Of a DNA stretch of 64,000 nt, positions 40,712 through 51,732 are shown one piece after another. This DNA is from Ruditapes philippinarum (taxonomy: Eukaryota): the NCBI RefSeq assembly GCF_026571515.1, contig NW_026864423.1:1-64000 (forward strand), read 5' to 3'. Under the pieces are notes generated by a model. It was given only the letters and a program-made list of their open reading frames with translations, had not been told where the DNA came from and did no database searches. Numbering within the stretch: the first letter of the stretch is position 1; the number at the start of each line of letters is the position of its first letter. Made by a program: the position numbers and the translations under genes.

Positions 40712-41423
40712 TGAAAACTATGGTGGCTGATTTGGAACGCTTTTGTGCGTCGTGTTGGCGCTAGCGACAACAGGACAAAGCGCCAAACGACGCGTTGTCG
40801 GACTTTCGTCTTGTCGTCCTGTCGCTAACGGTGTACGCCAAACGGCGCGATGTCTCCAAATGTCACATTGTCGCTCGGTTCAAATCGAAGGATAGGCTTA
40901 TAAGCCAAGCGACAGGGCGACATAGCGACGACCCTATCGAAACGCAACGCGCATTGTACAAAATCAGCCACCATAGAAAACGGCTTGTTTTTAATACAAT
41001 GTAAATTATAAAAGAAGCGTTTCCTATGATGGATGATTTGGTAGTGTTTTCGCGTTGCTTTGTCGATAGCGACAACACAACCTATATCGTTATCGTCTTC
41101 TCGTATTGTCGTCTTGTCGCTAGCGACAAACGGCGCGTTGTCGCACTGTCGTCTTGTCGCTAGCAAAGCACGCCAAACGGCGCGTTGTCTTGCGGCGCGT
41201 TGTCGCCTTATCACTTGGCTTATATATATACAAATAGGCAATCCTTCGATTTGAGCCCAGTGACAATGTGACATCGCGACAATACGCCGCACGACAATGC
41301 GTTGTTTTGCGTGTTTCGTTAGCGACAGGACGACAAGACGACAGTCCGTTTGGCACTTTGTTGTGCTGTCGCTAGCGACAACACGACGCACAAAAGTGTT
41401 CCAAATCCGCCACTATAGTTTCA
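40712..41423. mobile_element. TIR MITE with GTCGC-rich internal repeats
   Basis: tgaaaactatggtggctgatttggaac is inverted to gttccaaatccgccactatagtttca. Confidence 0.75.
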
Positions 41424-41874
41424 TGTTGTTCTATTTATACATTTAAGCCAAACTACTTTTCGTTTCCTGTTTGGAGCAAACAAGTTCCTGACTGCAAATA
41501 ATGTCAAGTGAAAGGTTTGACGTGTGAAAGGTTTCTTCAATCTATTTTACAAAACCCATAGTTTCATGATTGCAGATTTGTATTATAGAAATTGAAAGTT
41601 ACGAAAGTATAGCAATAGACAGAGCATATAAGTTTAGTTTAAGCTCGATTGCGAAACAAGTTCTTGCAACTTATATTTATCACTTTCGAGTCCGCTTCAT
41701 GGAACCAACCAGTACTGTCATATGAAGTAACATGTTCGTGACTCGAGTATGCTTCGAACTCATGACCCCTGGGTTGAAAGGCAAACACCTTAACCACTAG
41801 GCCACCGCTGCCCTTTTTATCTCTTCGAGTCACTGACGGATAGGAAAACTTTAAGTACCAAAATTAATACTTAC

Positions 41875-42076
41875 ATATGCTGACTAAGCCAGTCTTTAAC
41901 ACAATCTTCATTTTGGTTCTTAGTCGCAGGTATCTGCCTGCTGGAATCGTCGCAGCATCCTTTATATGCAATGCCTATTTTTAGGCAACAGTAATCTGGA
42001 CATAGTTCCGCTTTATGTTTTTCTCCGGAAATGTCCGTGTAACTTCCACAGCAGTCCGCGGCTTCTGAGCCCTGAC
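41875..42076 (-). CDS. Shisa-like gene copy 3, exon 2
   Basis: 202-nt AG/GT exon; GQGSEAADCCGSYTDISGEKHKAELCPDYCCLKIGIAYKGCCDDSSRQIPATKNQNEDCVKDWLSQH. Confidence 0.88.
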
Positions 42077-43763
42077 CTGTCAACATAAACAATCTTTACA
42101 GTTGAACTTTGTATGAGGTGGACATATGCGCTATTGATCCGGATATAGATTGTATTTGATACTGCTACAGGCGAACGCAATGGAATATCAACATTATTGA
42201 ACTCGATAACACACATGCCATAATTATCTGGAAAACTATGTATGTATGTTGTCGAAATGAGCGCCAGGCACAAAAAGCATCATTCTGAACATCTCGGCCG
42301 AAGTTTGACGAAAGAGACGAGAAGATGCAACTACGGACCCCAGTCATGTCAGGGTTAATTTTTGAAAGATTGCCACGGAGTATTAGCTAAAGATATGTAT
42401 TTCTTAATCAAAAGTAAGTCATTGTACGTCGGCCAATGAGAACCTAAATGTATACACAAAAAATATACATGTAATAACCTGAAACAATATAAAGAGGAGG
42501 AGGTAGCCATACATCTGCAAAACTAACAATTAAACAATATATACAATTTAAACGCCCAACAATACGCCTACACATTTACAAGATCTACCGCCATTCTTTT
42601 GTTTCTTGAGCGTTAATGTATAATTATGATAAAAACTCAAGGATGAACGTACGATTGCTTCAAAGATAAGTCGTGTGTGTTTACCTCGTGTCTAATTTAC
42701 ATCAACTAAATCTTAGAGAAGCAAGCCTCCAGATTCAGCCAATGCCATTAAAATGGCTGATATTGTTGTATCAGATTATCTTCTTACAGTTCATTGAAAA
42801 GTAAAAAAATAAAATAAAAAAATAATCGAATATTAGGTCTGTATATGCGTTTAAAGTGACATTATCCCCATCCAAGTGTATAAATGAGTGAACAGGTGAA
42901 AGTCAAAATAAGTTTTCATTTTGCCATAATTCCTTCTATAATATACAATTATTTCACATAAACAATAAACAACACATGAAATCAAACGATTTTTTCGTAA
43001 ATATCCATTAGAATTTACCTGTAACGTTCAGTTCATAAAAAGAGTGGGACAGTCTTTTAATATTTTAGGCAGATTTAAAATTTTATCCTAAACAATTTTG
43101 TCCCAAACATTTTCCAATATAAATTGTTGGTCAATCACCATTTTAACAGTCAATATTTTGAAGCAAATATTCAGTTCAGCTCAAATTGACTATGAAAATA
43201 TCAGCATAATGTATGAGATATTTTCACAATCTATAAACAAAATTGTATAATTTATGATATCTTTAAGATATCATTACCAGTCATAACTTTACAGTATTTC
43301 TGCATTTGCAGCAAGTGTATAAATATCTAGCAGATATTTTTTTTTTACTGGTAAATCAAAAAAAAAAAAATCTAATTTCGTTTTGTATCTGATTTTTTTG
43401 TTCAAAAGTTTCTAGACGTTAAAGGTGTTTATCTTTCATGGATATTTTTTAACGATGTTTTTGTGCCCTGTGGGCGGCTAGGTCAACCGCCATTAAAGTG
43501 GGGCACATTTTCATTAGTATTTCAAATAATGACAAAATCGATAGAAATGTATCATTTGGATATTCTTATTAAATGCTGCATAAACAAGTGTTGATAAAGT
43601 TCTAGATCCAAGTGTTTTAGAATGATCATTTAAATTATCTGATAAATAATAATAATTTGATTTAGAACAATTTATTATCTGTTCTATGAATATATTTGAT
43701 ATTGTATCATGTATTTCACTCTTGCCAACAACTTCCATGCATGATTCTTTCATTGTTTGTTGT

Positions 43764-43900
43764 CAGTCTGATCAGGGCTTATACCAACCCTCTATTACAA
43801 GTAGAGAACCTGATAGCGAACAACATGGATCCTGATCAGATCTGGTCTGGATCCATGCTGTTCGCAAACCTAGTATGTTGGTTTTGTCGTGATGCGGCTC
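43764..43900. mobile_element. Truncated Sola-type MITE
   Basis: Right half of the MITE only; absent from copy A. Confidence 0.65.
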
Positions 43901-44314
43901 AAATACTATCAACGTAATTATTCATTGTATTACAGACCAATTCTCTTGAAACACAAACTAACTACATCATTACTATATATAGAATAGAAAAAAAACTGGG
44001 GGCGTGTTTACTTTATCCAACATAACATATTTAACCCTCAAAAATGCACTTAAGAATGTAAACTGTAATTAATTACAAGTAACAACAATGACATCCAAAA
44101 CACGAGTTGTTTTTAAGCCAGGACATTGTCCTAAAAGTAATACATACATGAACACAATCGTGTTTACATACTACGTATCTTGTTTTCTGATACCGTCGGA
44201 GAAGAAAATAAAAAAAAAACTTAAACTGTGTAATAACGTATTAATTTATAAAATATACAATTATTTATTACATTTAAAAAGAATCACATGTATAATTATA
44301 TAAAAAATAATTAC

Positions 44315-44363
44315 CTGATAAGACAAACAAAACAACACCGATAATCAACAACAACTTAAGCAT
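44315..44363 (-). CDS. Shisa-like gene copy 3, exon 1 (signal peptide)
   Basis: MLKLLLIIGVVLFVLS-G|GTAA. Confidence 0.82.
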
Positions 44364-46132
44364 TTTCACGGTATTTACACTATCACTATCGTCTACGCTA
44401 TGCCGTTTGCCTTACTGTGAGTAATAATCATTTGAAGAGGCCCGTGAAGGGTGTTTTGATAAGCATCAATAATTAACGGACACCATTGTTATCAATTCAA
44501 TTCACTTCGAAAAAGTCATTTTGGTCATGTATATTTGATTACCATGCATTTAAACATATTCTTATTAAGTAAATAAAAATCCTCTCAAATTCTAGGGCGT
44601 ATTATTGTTTATTTTCCTTTCATTTCTTCTAAAGTCGATAAATGACTTTGTTAAGAAACAGCTTCGGAACGCCTCTTATTTTCGGAAAATACGTATTTCA
44701 AAATAAAGGAAAAAACACTTGATTTGAATAATGTATCTTTATAAATAATATGTCCGGTTTCAATAGTGTTTCATTTTTAGCATTTTTGTTTTAGTTTTTA
44801 CTTAAAATGTATTATTTATTGTCTGAATCGATAGATCGGACAACTTTTATCTTGCATAATCCGATAGAAGATGAATCATTCAATCTAATTGTATTGAACA
44901 CATTTCATTCGAATCCATTAAGGCTTAATATTTAAAAGCCCGCGAGGCATGCACATATACAAAATTTTATGTAAATCCAACCCCAGAACACAATGTTATG
45001 TCACAGATGTCTTATATACTGTCGGGGCAGGCTTATAAATCAATCAATAATCGTTACATAATATGCATCATTTTCTCGTGTCAACTGTGGAAAAAAACAT
45101 TCGCCCAATATCGTTGCAAATTCGATTTTGTACAACTTTGGAGGGTCTACTTTGAACATTATAAGGCCTAAAGCCCTAACCCAAGTAATATGTCCCGGAG
45201 ATTTCCGCGTGGCTTGGTCATTTGTTTGCACCGCGATTTGTTCTTTCTCTTTATAAATTTTGGAAAAAAAACATCATTTTCACGAGCCTATAAACTGAAG
45301 TGATATATGTACAAACACTTATAACATAGACCTATAAACATGTATAAGCTTCGATCTTTATGTGGTTTTATTATTCTTACGTTTTGGACTTTCTTTAGGG
45401 ATTCTGTATTTCTCTATTTTATTATTCTTAGATTTCTTGGAGTTCTCTGAAGTAGTGTTATTAGACTTTTTGTGAACTGAAGGTTCAGTGGGGGTAATAA
45501 ATCATGTATAAATTATTCTTTTAAATTGTTTTTATTATATATACATGTTTCTTATTTCTCTGTATAAAGTGGCAATGTTTCAATGCATACTGTTATGTAT
45601 TGAAATGATAGCAGCACTGTAGGAGCACATTTGTCTCGGAGCACATTTGTCTTACGTAAGACCAATGCGGTCGCATTTGTCCCACATGAGACAAATGGGA
45701 CCTAAAATGTCTACCCCCAAAAAATCATTTGTGTAACAAATGTGCTCCGAACAAGTTTTTTAAGGGACAAGAAAGCACATTTGTCTCATGTGTTTTTAAG
45801 GGACAAAAAAGCACATTTGTCTCATGTCATTTTTCATGAATTATTTGTCACATATTTCTCCACGGCAGAAATGTTTTACCTCATGTCAAGTGTAATCATC
45901 AATAGGTTTCCTTATGCTTTCTTTATGAAAACCTGAAGTTTACTATTAATTATAATATCTCTAATTCAAAAAATTGATTGGCTTCACCTGAAGGCGTACA
46001 CTGAAACATACTAAATTCCGTTCACGGTGGTACAATGGTGACAGCGCGATGGCACGATGGTACGTTGATGAAAACGCGATGGTGCGATGGTGAAAACACA
46101 ATGGTACGAGCGTGAAACAACGATTGTACAAT

Positions 46133-46650
46133 AGTAGTATATGCGCCTCTTTAGCGCCACGACTGCGCATGCGCGACGCCATATTAGATTCTATAGTTAG
46201 AATGACATTATCGTTCTATTTTTAGAATGTTAGCATTCGTCTATTTTTAGAAATCTATTTTTTAATCTCCCGGAAGTATACGGAGCTGACTCGTACACAC
46301 GATCTAGGGCTTGAATTGCGGACATTGTAGGTCAGGTCCTCGTCCCTAGACGGAGAGATAAATATTATCATTTATAAAAGAATTGTCTGAAAATAAATAC
46401 CTGCTTAACATTTTAATAAATAAAAGCAAATAAACTAGAATTAGAAAAATACAAATAGCTTATGTTTTTTAATATGGTCAAAACGTGATCGTAGTCACAG
46501 TGTCTGGTGTATGTTTATTTAGGGACGGATGTGCGGACAATGGTCCATTCAACTGTAAAAATTAATCTCTTTAAAGTTGCCACTTGGTCTGGCGTATGTT
46601 TACTTAGGGACGGATATGGGGACAATGGTCCATTTAACTGTCAAAGTTAA
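46133..46650 (+). repeat. Polinton left TIR; runs into about four ~85-bp tandem repeats extending to ~46850
   Basis: Reverse complement of ~62710-63340. Confidence 0.92.
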
Positions 46651-46919
46651 TCCCTTTAAAGTAGCCACTTGGTCTGGCGTTTGTTAATTTAGGGACGGAT
46701 ACACTAACAAAGGACTTTTGAGATGCCAAAGTTAATCTCTTTAAAGTCGCCATTACGTTTAGCGTGTGTTGATTTAAGGACGGATGGGTTAACAATAGTC
46801 TTTTGAAATGTTAAAAATAAACCTTTACAAGGAGTCACGTGTTTGATGATGTATATATCTAAAATTAGCAATGATGTTCTATTCTAAAAATAACTACCAA
46901 TAAAAACGTTTCTTTAGAC

Positions 46920-46980
46920 AGCCAATCAAATGCAAAAAGCAAGTGACCAATCAGGAGAGACCTCTGTTGTATATAAGACA
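46920..46980 (+). promoter_or_regulatory. Putative Pol II promoter (two CCAAT boxes + TATA) upstream of the PC4 gene
   Basis: GCCAATCA at 46921, GACCAATCAG at 46946 and TATATAAG at 46970; ATG at 47030. Confidence 0.5.
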
Positions 46981-47029
46981 GTGATACACTTACACTGGTC
47001 ATAAGAGTTTTGATACTCGACCAATAAAT

Positions 47030-47521
47030 ATGACTAGCTACAGATGCAAATTCAGTATCGGTAATCAGAGATATGTACAAGTTAATGAATGAAAAGGCGA
47101 GCTGAGAGTCGATATCAGAGAATGGCAGGATGACAAACCAACAAAAAAGGGCATCAGCTTAACGTTAATGCGATGGAAAAACCTGATAGATCAGTTAGAA
47201 TATGTGGACAGAGCTTTACAAGACAAGCAACACTATAGGTCCCACGTTGGAGGAAATGTCTACTGTAACATCACCGACAACAGCGTATGTGTAGACATTA
47301 GACAATACTGGAAGCCAGAACAGGAAATAGTACCAACTAAAAAGGGTATATGTTTAAGACCCAAAGAGTATTCCTGTTTAAAGGAACTTGTTGTAGAGAT
47401 AGGACGAGTGTTACCTGAATTGGATGCAGTGGTGCCCTGTTATCTACAAAGTGATCACATGAACCAGATTGGAGCTCTACAATGCCTAGAATGCAACCCC
47501 AATGATTGTGGAAACTTGTGA
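47030..47521 (+). pseudogene. Tandem PC4 (p15/Sub1-like ssDNA-binding) domain protein with one premature TGA
   Basis: RYVQVNE*KGELRVDIREW...PTKKGISLT and CVDIRQYW...PTKKGICL; stop at 47090-47092. Confidence 0.85.
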
Positions 47522-47623
47522 AATAACGTGACTATAAATAGCAATGACAAAAGTACTATAAATAGATCGATAACCTCATTCTAAAAATAACATCAAATCA
47601 AAAATCAAACAGCGCGTATATAA

Positions 47624-48064
47624 ATGAATACCCCACGAAGCTTTGGCATACACAAACTGAACGTCACTGACTGCACACCCCTCAACAAAAATATGGAATA
47701 TTACGAAAATAGACTGAAGACGTTTGAAACCTATCCGAAACAAATGATACCAGATAAATATCAGTTAGCAAGTGCGGGATTGTATTATAGCGGAAAATCA
47801 GAGTGTTTCAGATGTCACATTAAATTGAGTGACTTAGTAAGATCAGACAACGCTTTGAGAGAACATTACAAGTGGTCACCCCATTGCGAATATATTAAAA
47901 TAGTAGGCGCTCCTCAACAAAAACCGATCCCAATAGGCGGATTTGGCGCGTTTGTATCAACACCTAAGCCAACACCTTGCGGCTTTGGAGGACTAAGTTC
48001 AACTACAACTGGAGCAAACTTGTTTGTCAATAATAAGGCTATCACGACCCACCAGACGCATTGA
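47624..48064 (+). CDS. Single BIR-domain (IAP-like) protein
   Basis: YENRLKTF...LASAGLYYSG..CFRC...D.A.REHYKWSPHCEY (CCHC Zn ligands); TATA boxes at ~47533 and ~47557. Confidence 0.85.
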   Translation: MNTPRSFGIHKLNVTDCTPLNKNMEYYENRLKTFETYPKQMIPDKYQLASAGLYYSGKSECFRCHIKLSDLVRSDNALREHYKWSPHCEYIKIVGAPQQKPIPIGGFGAFVSTPKPTPCGFGGLSSTTTGANLFVNNKAITTHQTH

Positions 48065-48267
48065 ATATGTTAACACGTGTCTGTATGGTTTGGATATGGC
48101 TGAGACACTATCAAGTGAGACGAGAATATCGCGAAGCTACAGGACATTTACTCGACATTTTGGAACGCTATATAGAAGAAACCAGAACACATACTTTATA
48201 CTCCACTGTATTGTAAAATGTGTCATAATTTTGTAAGAATGTATATTTGTATTTGTTGTCAATAAAC

Positions 48268-50415
48268 ATGTCTAACTGGAAACAATATTTGTCTTCTTTG
48301 TATTTTGACACATCCAACCCAGCAAGCTATTCAGGTGTAGAAAAATTGTACCAATATATCAAGTCTGAGGGAAAATTAAAATCGGGAGGCATAAAATCCG
48401 AAAATGGCTTCAAAGTCAGCAGGCCTATTCCCTGACTAGAGGAGCCAGAAGGAAGTTTCCTCGATCACGCGTCATTGTAGAAGGGATAGATAGTCAATGG
48501 GATATGGACTTGATGGATATGGTTGAATTTTTTTTTTCTTCTTTTTTTTTTTTATTTCTCTTTATTGTACAATGCAAACAATAAAAGTCATGAAATAATA
48601 CAATAATACAATACCATGAAATTTGATGTACTAACAATGTTGTGAAGTGATACACACAAATTCATACATTTGCAAAGTACTATATGTATTTTCTTATTAT
48701 ATTTTTTTTTAAAAGGCAAAGTTTACTCTGCACAAACGTTCAATTATTTAAGAGTTAAGTTACAACAACAATAAGTGTCACAATTTTTTACAGCTAATAA
48801 TGTTAGGTACTTTCATTTTCATTGATTAAGTTTTTGTATTCTTTCCATACATCCTGCATTGTTTCAAACCTAAGCATTTTTTTTTGGCATTGATTATTTC
48901 TGTTTTAACCAAAAATAGTAATTGATTTTTAAAAGCCTCTAAGCATGGCAATACGGACTTCATTTTACATTTGTAAATATAATGTTTTAATAATAATAAT
49001 ATATTATTCTCTGGAACTGTGAATCGGGAACAGCCGAAAACGACAGATTGTTCTGAAAAATGAAAAGATAAATTTGGAATTTTGTTTGTTAACCAGTCCT
49101 GCACGTCCCTTATAAACATGTTGACTATGTCACATTCCCAAAATAAATGTTTTATGGTTTCTGGATTGACATTACAAAATGTACAGTTGTCGTTGTCCCT
49201 AACATTAATCTTTTTCAGTACTACATTAGTACCTAAAATACGATGCGTTATTCTATATTGAAGCCATAAAAGTTTTGGATCCTTAGTCACTTTAAAGGGT
49301 AAAGAGTAGATACTTTTCCAATTAAGATAAATATTAGAAAAATCATTTTGCCATTTTATTTCTGATTTTGTCTGACGATTATTATTGACCAGCACGTCGT
49401 ATATTGCGCGACATCCTTTGCGACTTTTGTTAAGTATTTGGATGGCAATTGGCAATATCGGGTTTTTTACTTTGATATCATTTTGATTTACATGAAAATC
49501 CGTCAAAGTTTTTCTGAAGGAACGTATTATACCTTCATATTCAAGAAAGTTTGATCTAACATCAAATAATCTTTGAAATTCTTGAAAACTATAAAACAAC
49601 CCATTTTCTTTTACAAAATCGTTGACAAACAAAACACCTTTTCTTAAGTAGTGTTTAAATTCAAACGATTTTCCTGCAATTTTGAAATTAGGATTTAACC
49701 ATACCGGATTGGACAAGAAATCTGCCCAATTACCTGAACGAATTTTACATTGAAATAAATAAAATGAATTCAAAACACCCTTCCAAAACAAATTGTTTAC
49801 TCTACTTTTATGTTGTAACAAATAGTCACTACCATATTTGGTCGACTGGTAAAGAGCTGGACACAATTCTTGTACCAGAAAAGCATATTTAGTGTTTGAA
49901 GATAAAAGTCTTCTTATCCAAGTGATTTTCAAAGCACTGATGAAATGTATTAAGTCAACCGCTCTAAGCCCACCATTACATATATCTTGTGTGAGTTTTA
50001 TTCTACTTATCTTATATGGTTGACTTGGCCAAACATAATGACGGTTATAAATACGTTTTAGTGGCAATAGATATTTTTCTCGCTTTGGCTATTGTGAACC
50101 TATCAAAACCAAGAAAGAGGGTGATGTTGTTAATGCATTAGAGCGAATTTTATCCGGTCCTAGAAAACCAAATACGGTGAGAACAGACAGAGGCATGGAG
50201 TTAAGAAGCAAAGAGGTCAATAAATATCTTCAGCACAAGAACATTCATCACTTCTACGCTTTAAATACGGAGACAAAAGCGAACTTTGCAGAGATATGTA
50301 TCAAGACGCTAAAGCATAAACTGTTTAGATATATGATAAAAAACAGAACCCAACGTTACGTTGACGTGCTCAGGAATATTACACTTTCATATAACTCAAC
50401 TATACATAGAAGTCT
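48268..50415 (+). pseudogene. Polinton retroviral-like (rve) integrase; frameshifted, split by L1/Tx1 and C-terminally truncated
   Basis: YFDTSNPASYSGVEKLY...SQWDMDLMDM | DGYKYVLVAIDIFSR...VRTDRGME...KANFAE...YNSTIHRSL. Confidence 0.9.
48527..50013 (-). mobile_element. 5'-truncated L1/Tx1 non-LTR retrotransposon
   Basis: Poly(A) at 48528-48553; TSD ATATGGTTGA at 48517-48526 and 50014-50023; ORF2 C-terminus with GGL...LKITWIRRL and zf-RVT CTFC..ETIKHLFWEC. Confidence 0.92.
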
Positions 50416-50420
50416 TATAC

Positions 50421-51125
50421 AATGGCACGGAAGTGTCACATTGCAGGTTCCATGAAAACCGCCGTATGAACACATCTGCGGATGTTTCTAAATTCAAAAT
50501 TTTACTATTTCATGTTTAAATGTTGAATTCTGCTTAATCCGGTGCTAGGGGGCGTGGACGGTAACTTGCACTTTCCAGTACCGTCCTTGGATAGGCTCAA
50601 TCAAACCGAGCCTGCAACATTTTCAATATTGCCGTGTTGGGCTTTCTTTAGATATTCTGTATTTATCTATTTTATGATCACATCCGTGTTATTTGTGCCG
50701 TGTGGCGGCTGTAAAAAAGTCTCCCCGTACATTTAATCAATGATGTTATATTCTCGATCCTTGAAGATCGTTCAGCACGACATTATTGTTGTGCTTGTGG
50801 TATTTTTAGTTTCAACTTTTCGGCATTTTCTAGTTGGGTGGTTCCAATATTACTACTTGAATAATGTTGAATCACCCTTATGATATGTTGCCTGCTTTTT
50901 AAATTTGTCTTTTGACGTCTTATCTGTGATACGCAGGCTTCATAACCTCTGATCCCCTTTCAAAATTCCATTTTATTTAGTTCCGCCCATTGTTTTCTCG
51001 TTTAGGGCACACGCTTTTTATTACTTGGGGACCATACGCCGCTTTTCATGGAATGGTACGGAAGTGTCACATTGAAGGTTCCATGAAAACCGCCGTATGA
51101 ACACATCTGCGGATGTTTCTAAATT
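50421..51125. repeat. Unassigned insert bounded by ~74-bp direct repeats (631-bp period)
   Basis: aatggcacggaagtgtcacattg...gatgtttctaaatt at 50421-50494 and 51052-51125. Confidence 0.8.
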
Positions 51126-51185
51126 AGAGATATACCCCCCCCCCCCCCAGAGAAATTGTCATTAATGATATTGAAACTTTACATC

Positions 51186-51713
51186 ATGATAATTACCAAC
51201 GTCGTGTGCAGCGTTAACTTTAGCTGTTCCATTGACTTGAGGCATTTATGCTATCGTATAGCAAACGCTCGTTATGATCCAAAAACATTTTCCGGATTGA
51301 TTTGGCAACACAAAACCATTGGCGGAAAATGTTTAGTTTTCGCCAATGGTGTAATCAATTGCAACGGAAAGGCACCCAGTGCTACAGAGGGGCGTCAGAG
51401 ACTACGTCAATATGAAAGACGTATACAACGTCTCGGATTTACAGTACGGCTGAAAGAGATCAAATTGATAACAATATCCGCAAGTCATACCTTAAGTAAC
51501 GCCTTAGATCTACCATTGTTGGCAAAAGAAAGACAGATTATCTATGAACCAGAGTTGTTTCCCGCCCTAAACTTTAAAAGAGAAGGAGTCAACTTTTGTT
51601 GTTTTCATACTGGTAAAGTGGTGATTACTGGGATTAAGTCGCTTTCACAAATAGATGACATAGTCTACCCTGTACTTATTGAGCTGGAACTCTACACACG
51701 TAAGAAAGAGTGA
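51186..51713 (+). CDS. TATA-binding-protein (TBP)-like protein
   Basis: Two TBP repeats: ITNVVCS..IDL...ARYDPKTFSGLIW...LVFANGVINCNG and ISAS..LDL...YEPELFPAL...FHTGKVVITGIKS. Confidence 0.9.
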   Translation: MIITNVVCSVNFSCSIDLRHLCYRIANARYDPKTFSGLIWQHKTIGGKCLVFANGVINCNGKAPSATEGRQRLRQYERRIQRLGFTVRLKEIKLITISASHTLSNALDLPLLAKERQIIYEPELFPALNFKREGVNFCCFHTGKVVITGIKSLSQIDDIVYPVLIELELYTRKKE

Positions 51714-51732
51714 GCGCTGAGAGAAATCAACC

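Larger units (their letters stand above)
32288..45614 (+). repeat. Segmental duplication, copy B (carries Shisa-like copy 3)
   Basis: Colinear with 11220-23541. Confidence 0.92.

Noticed and set aside
40825-41391. 188-aa Arg-rich ORF
   Set aside because: Lies within a repeat-rich MITE and is not conserved in the paralogous copy
50014-50067. N-terminus of the 413-aa ORF 48826-50067
   Set aside because: Lies outside the L1/Tx1 TSD; it is antisense integrase sequence fortuitously in frame
50740-50790. Possible hammerhead ribozyme in the direct-repeat insert
   Set aside because: The CUGANGA/GAAA core is not properly matched on either strand
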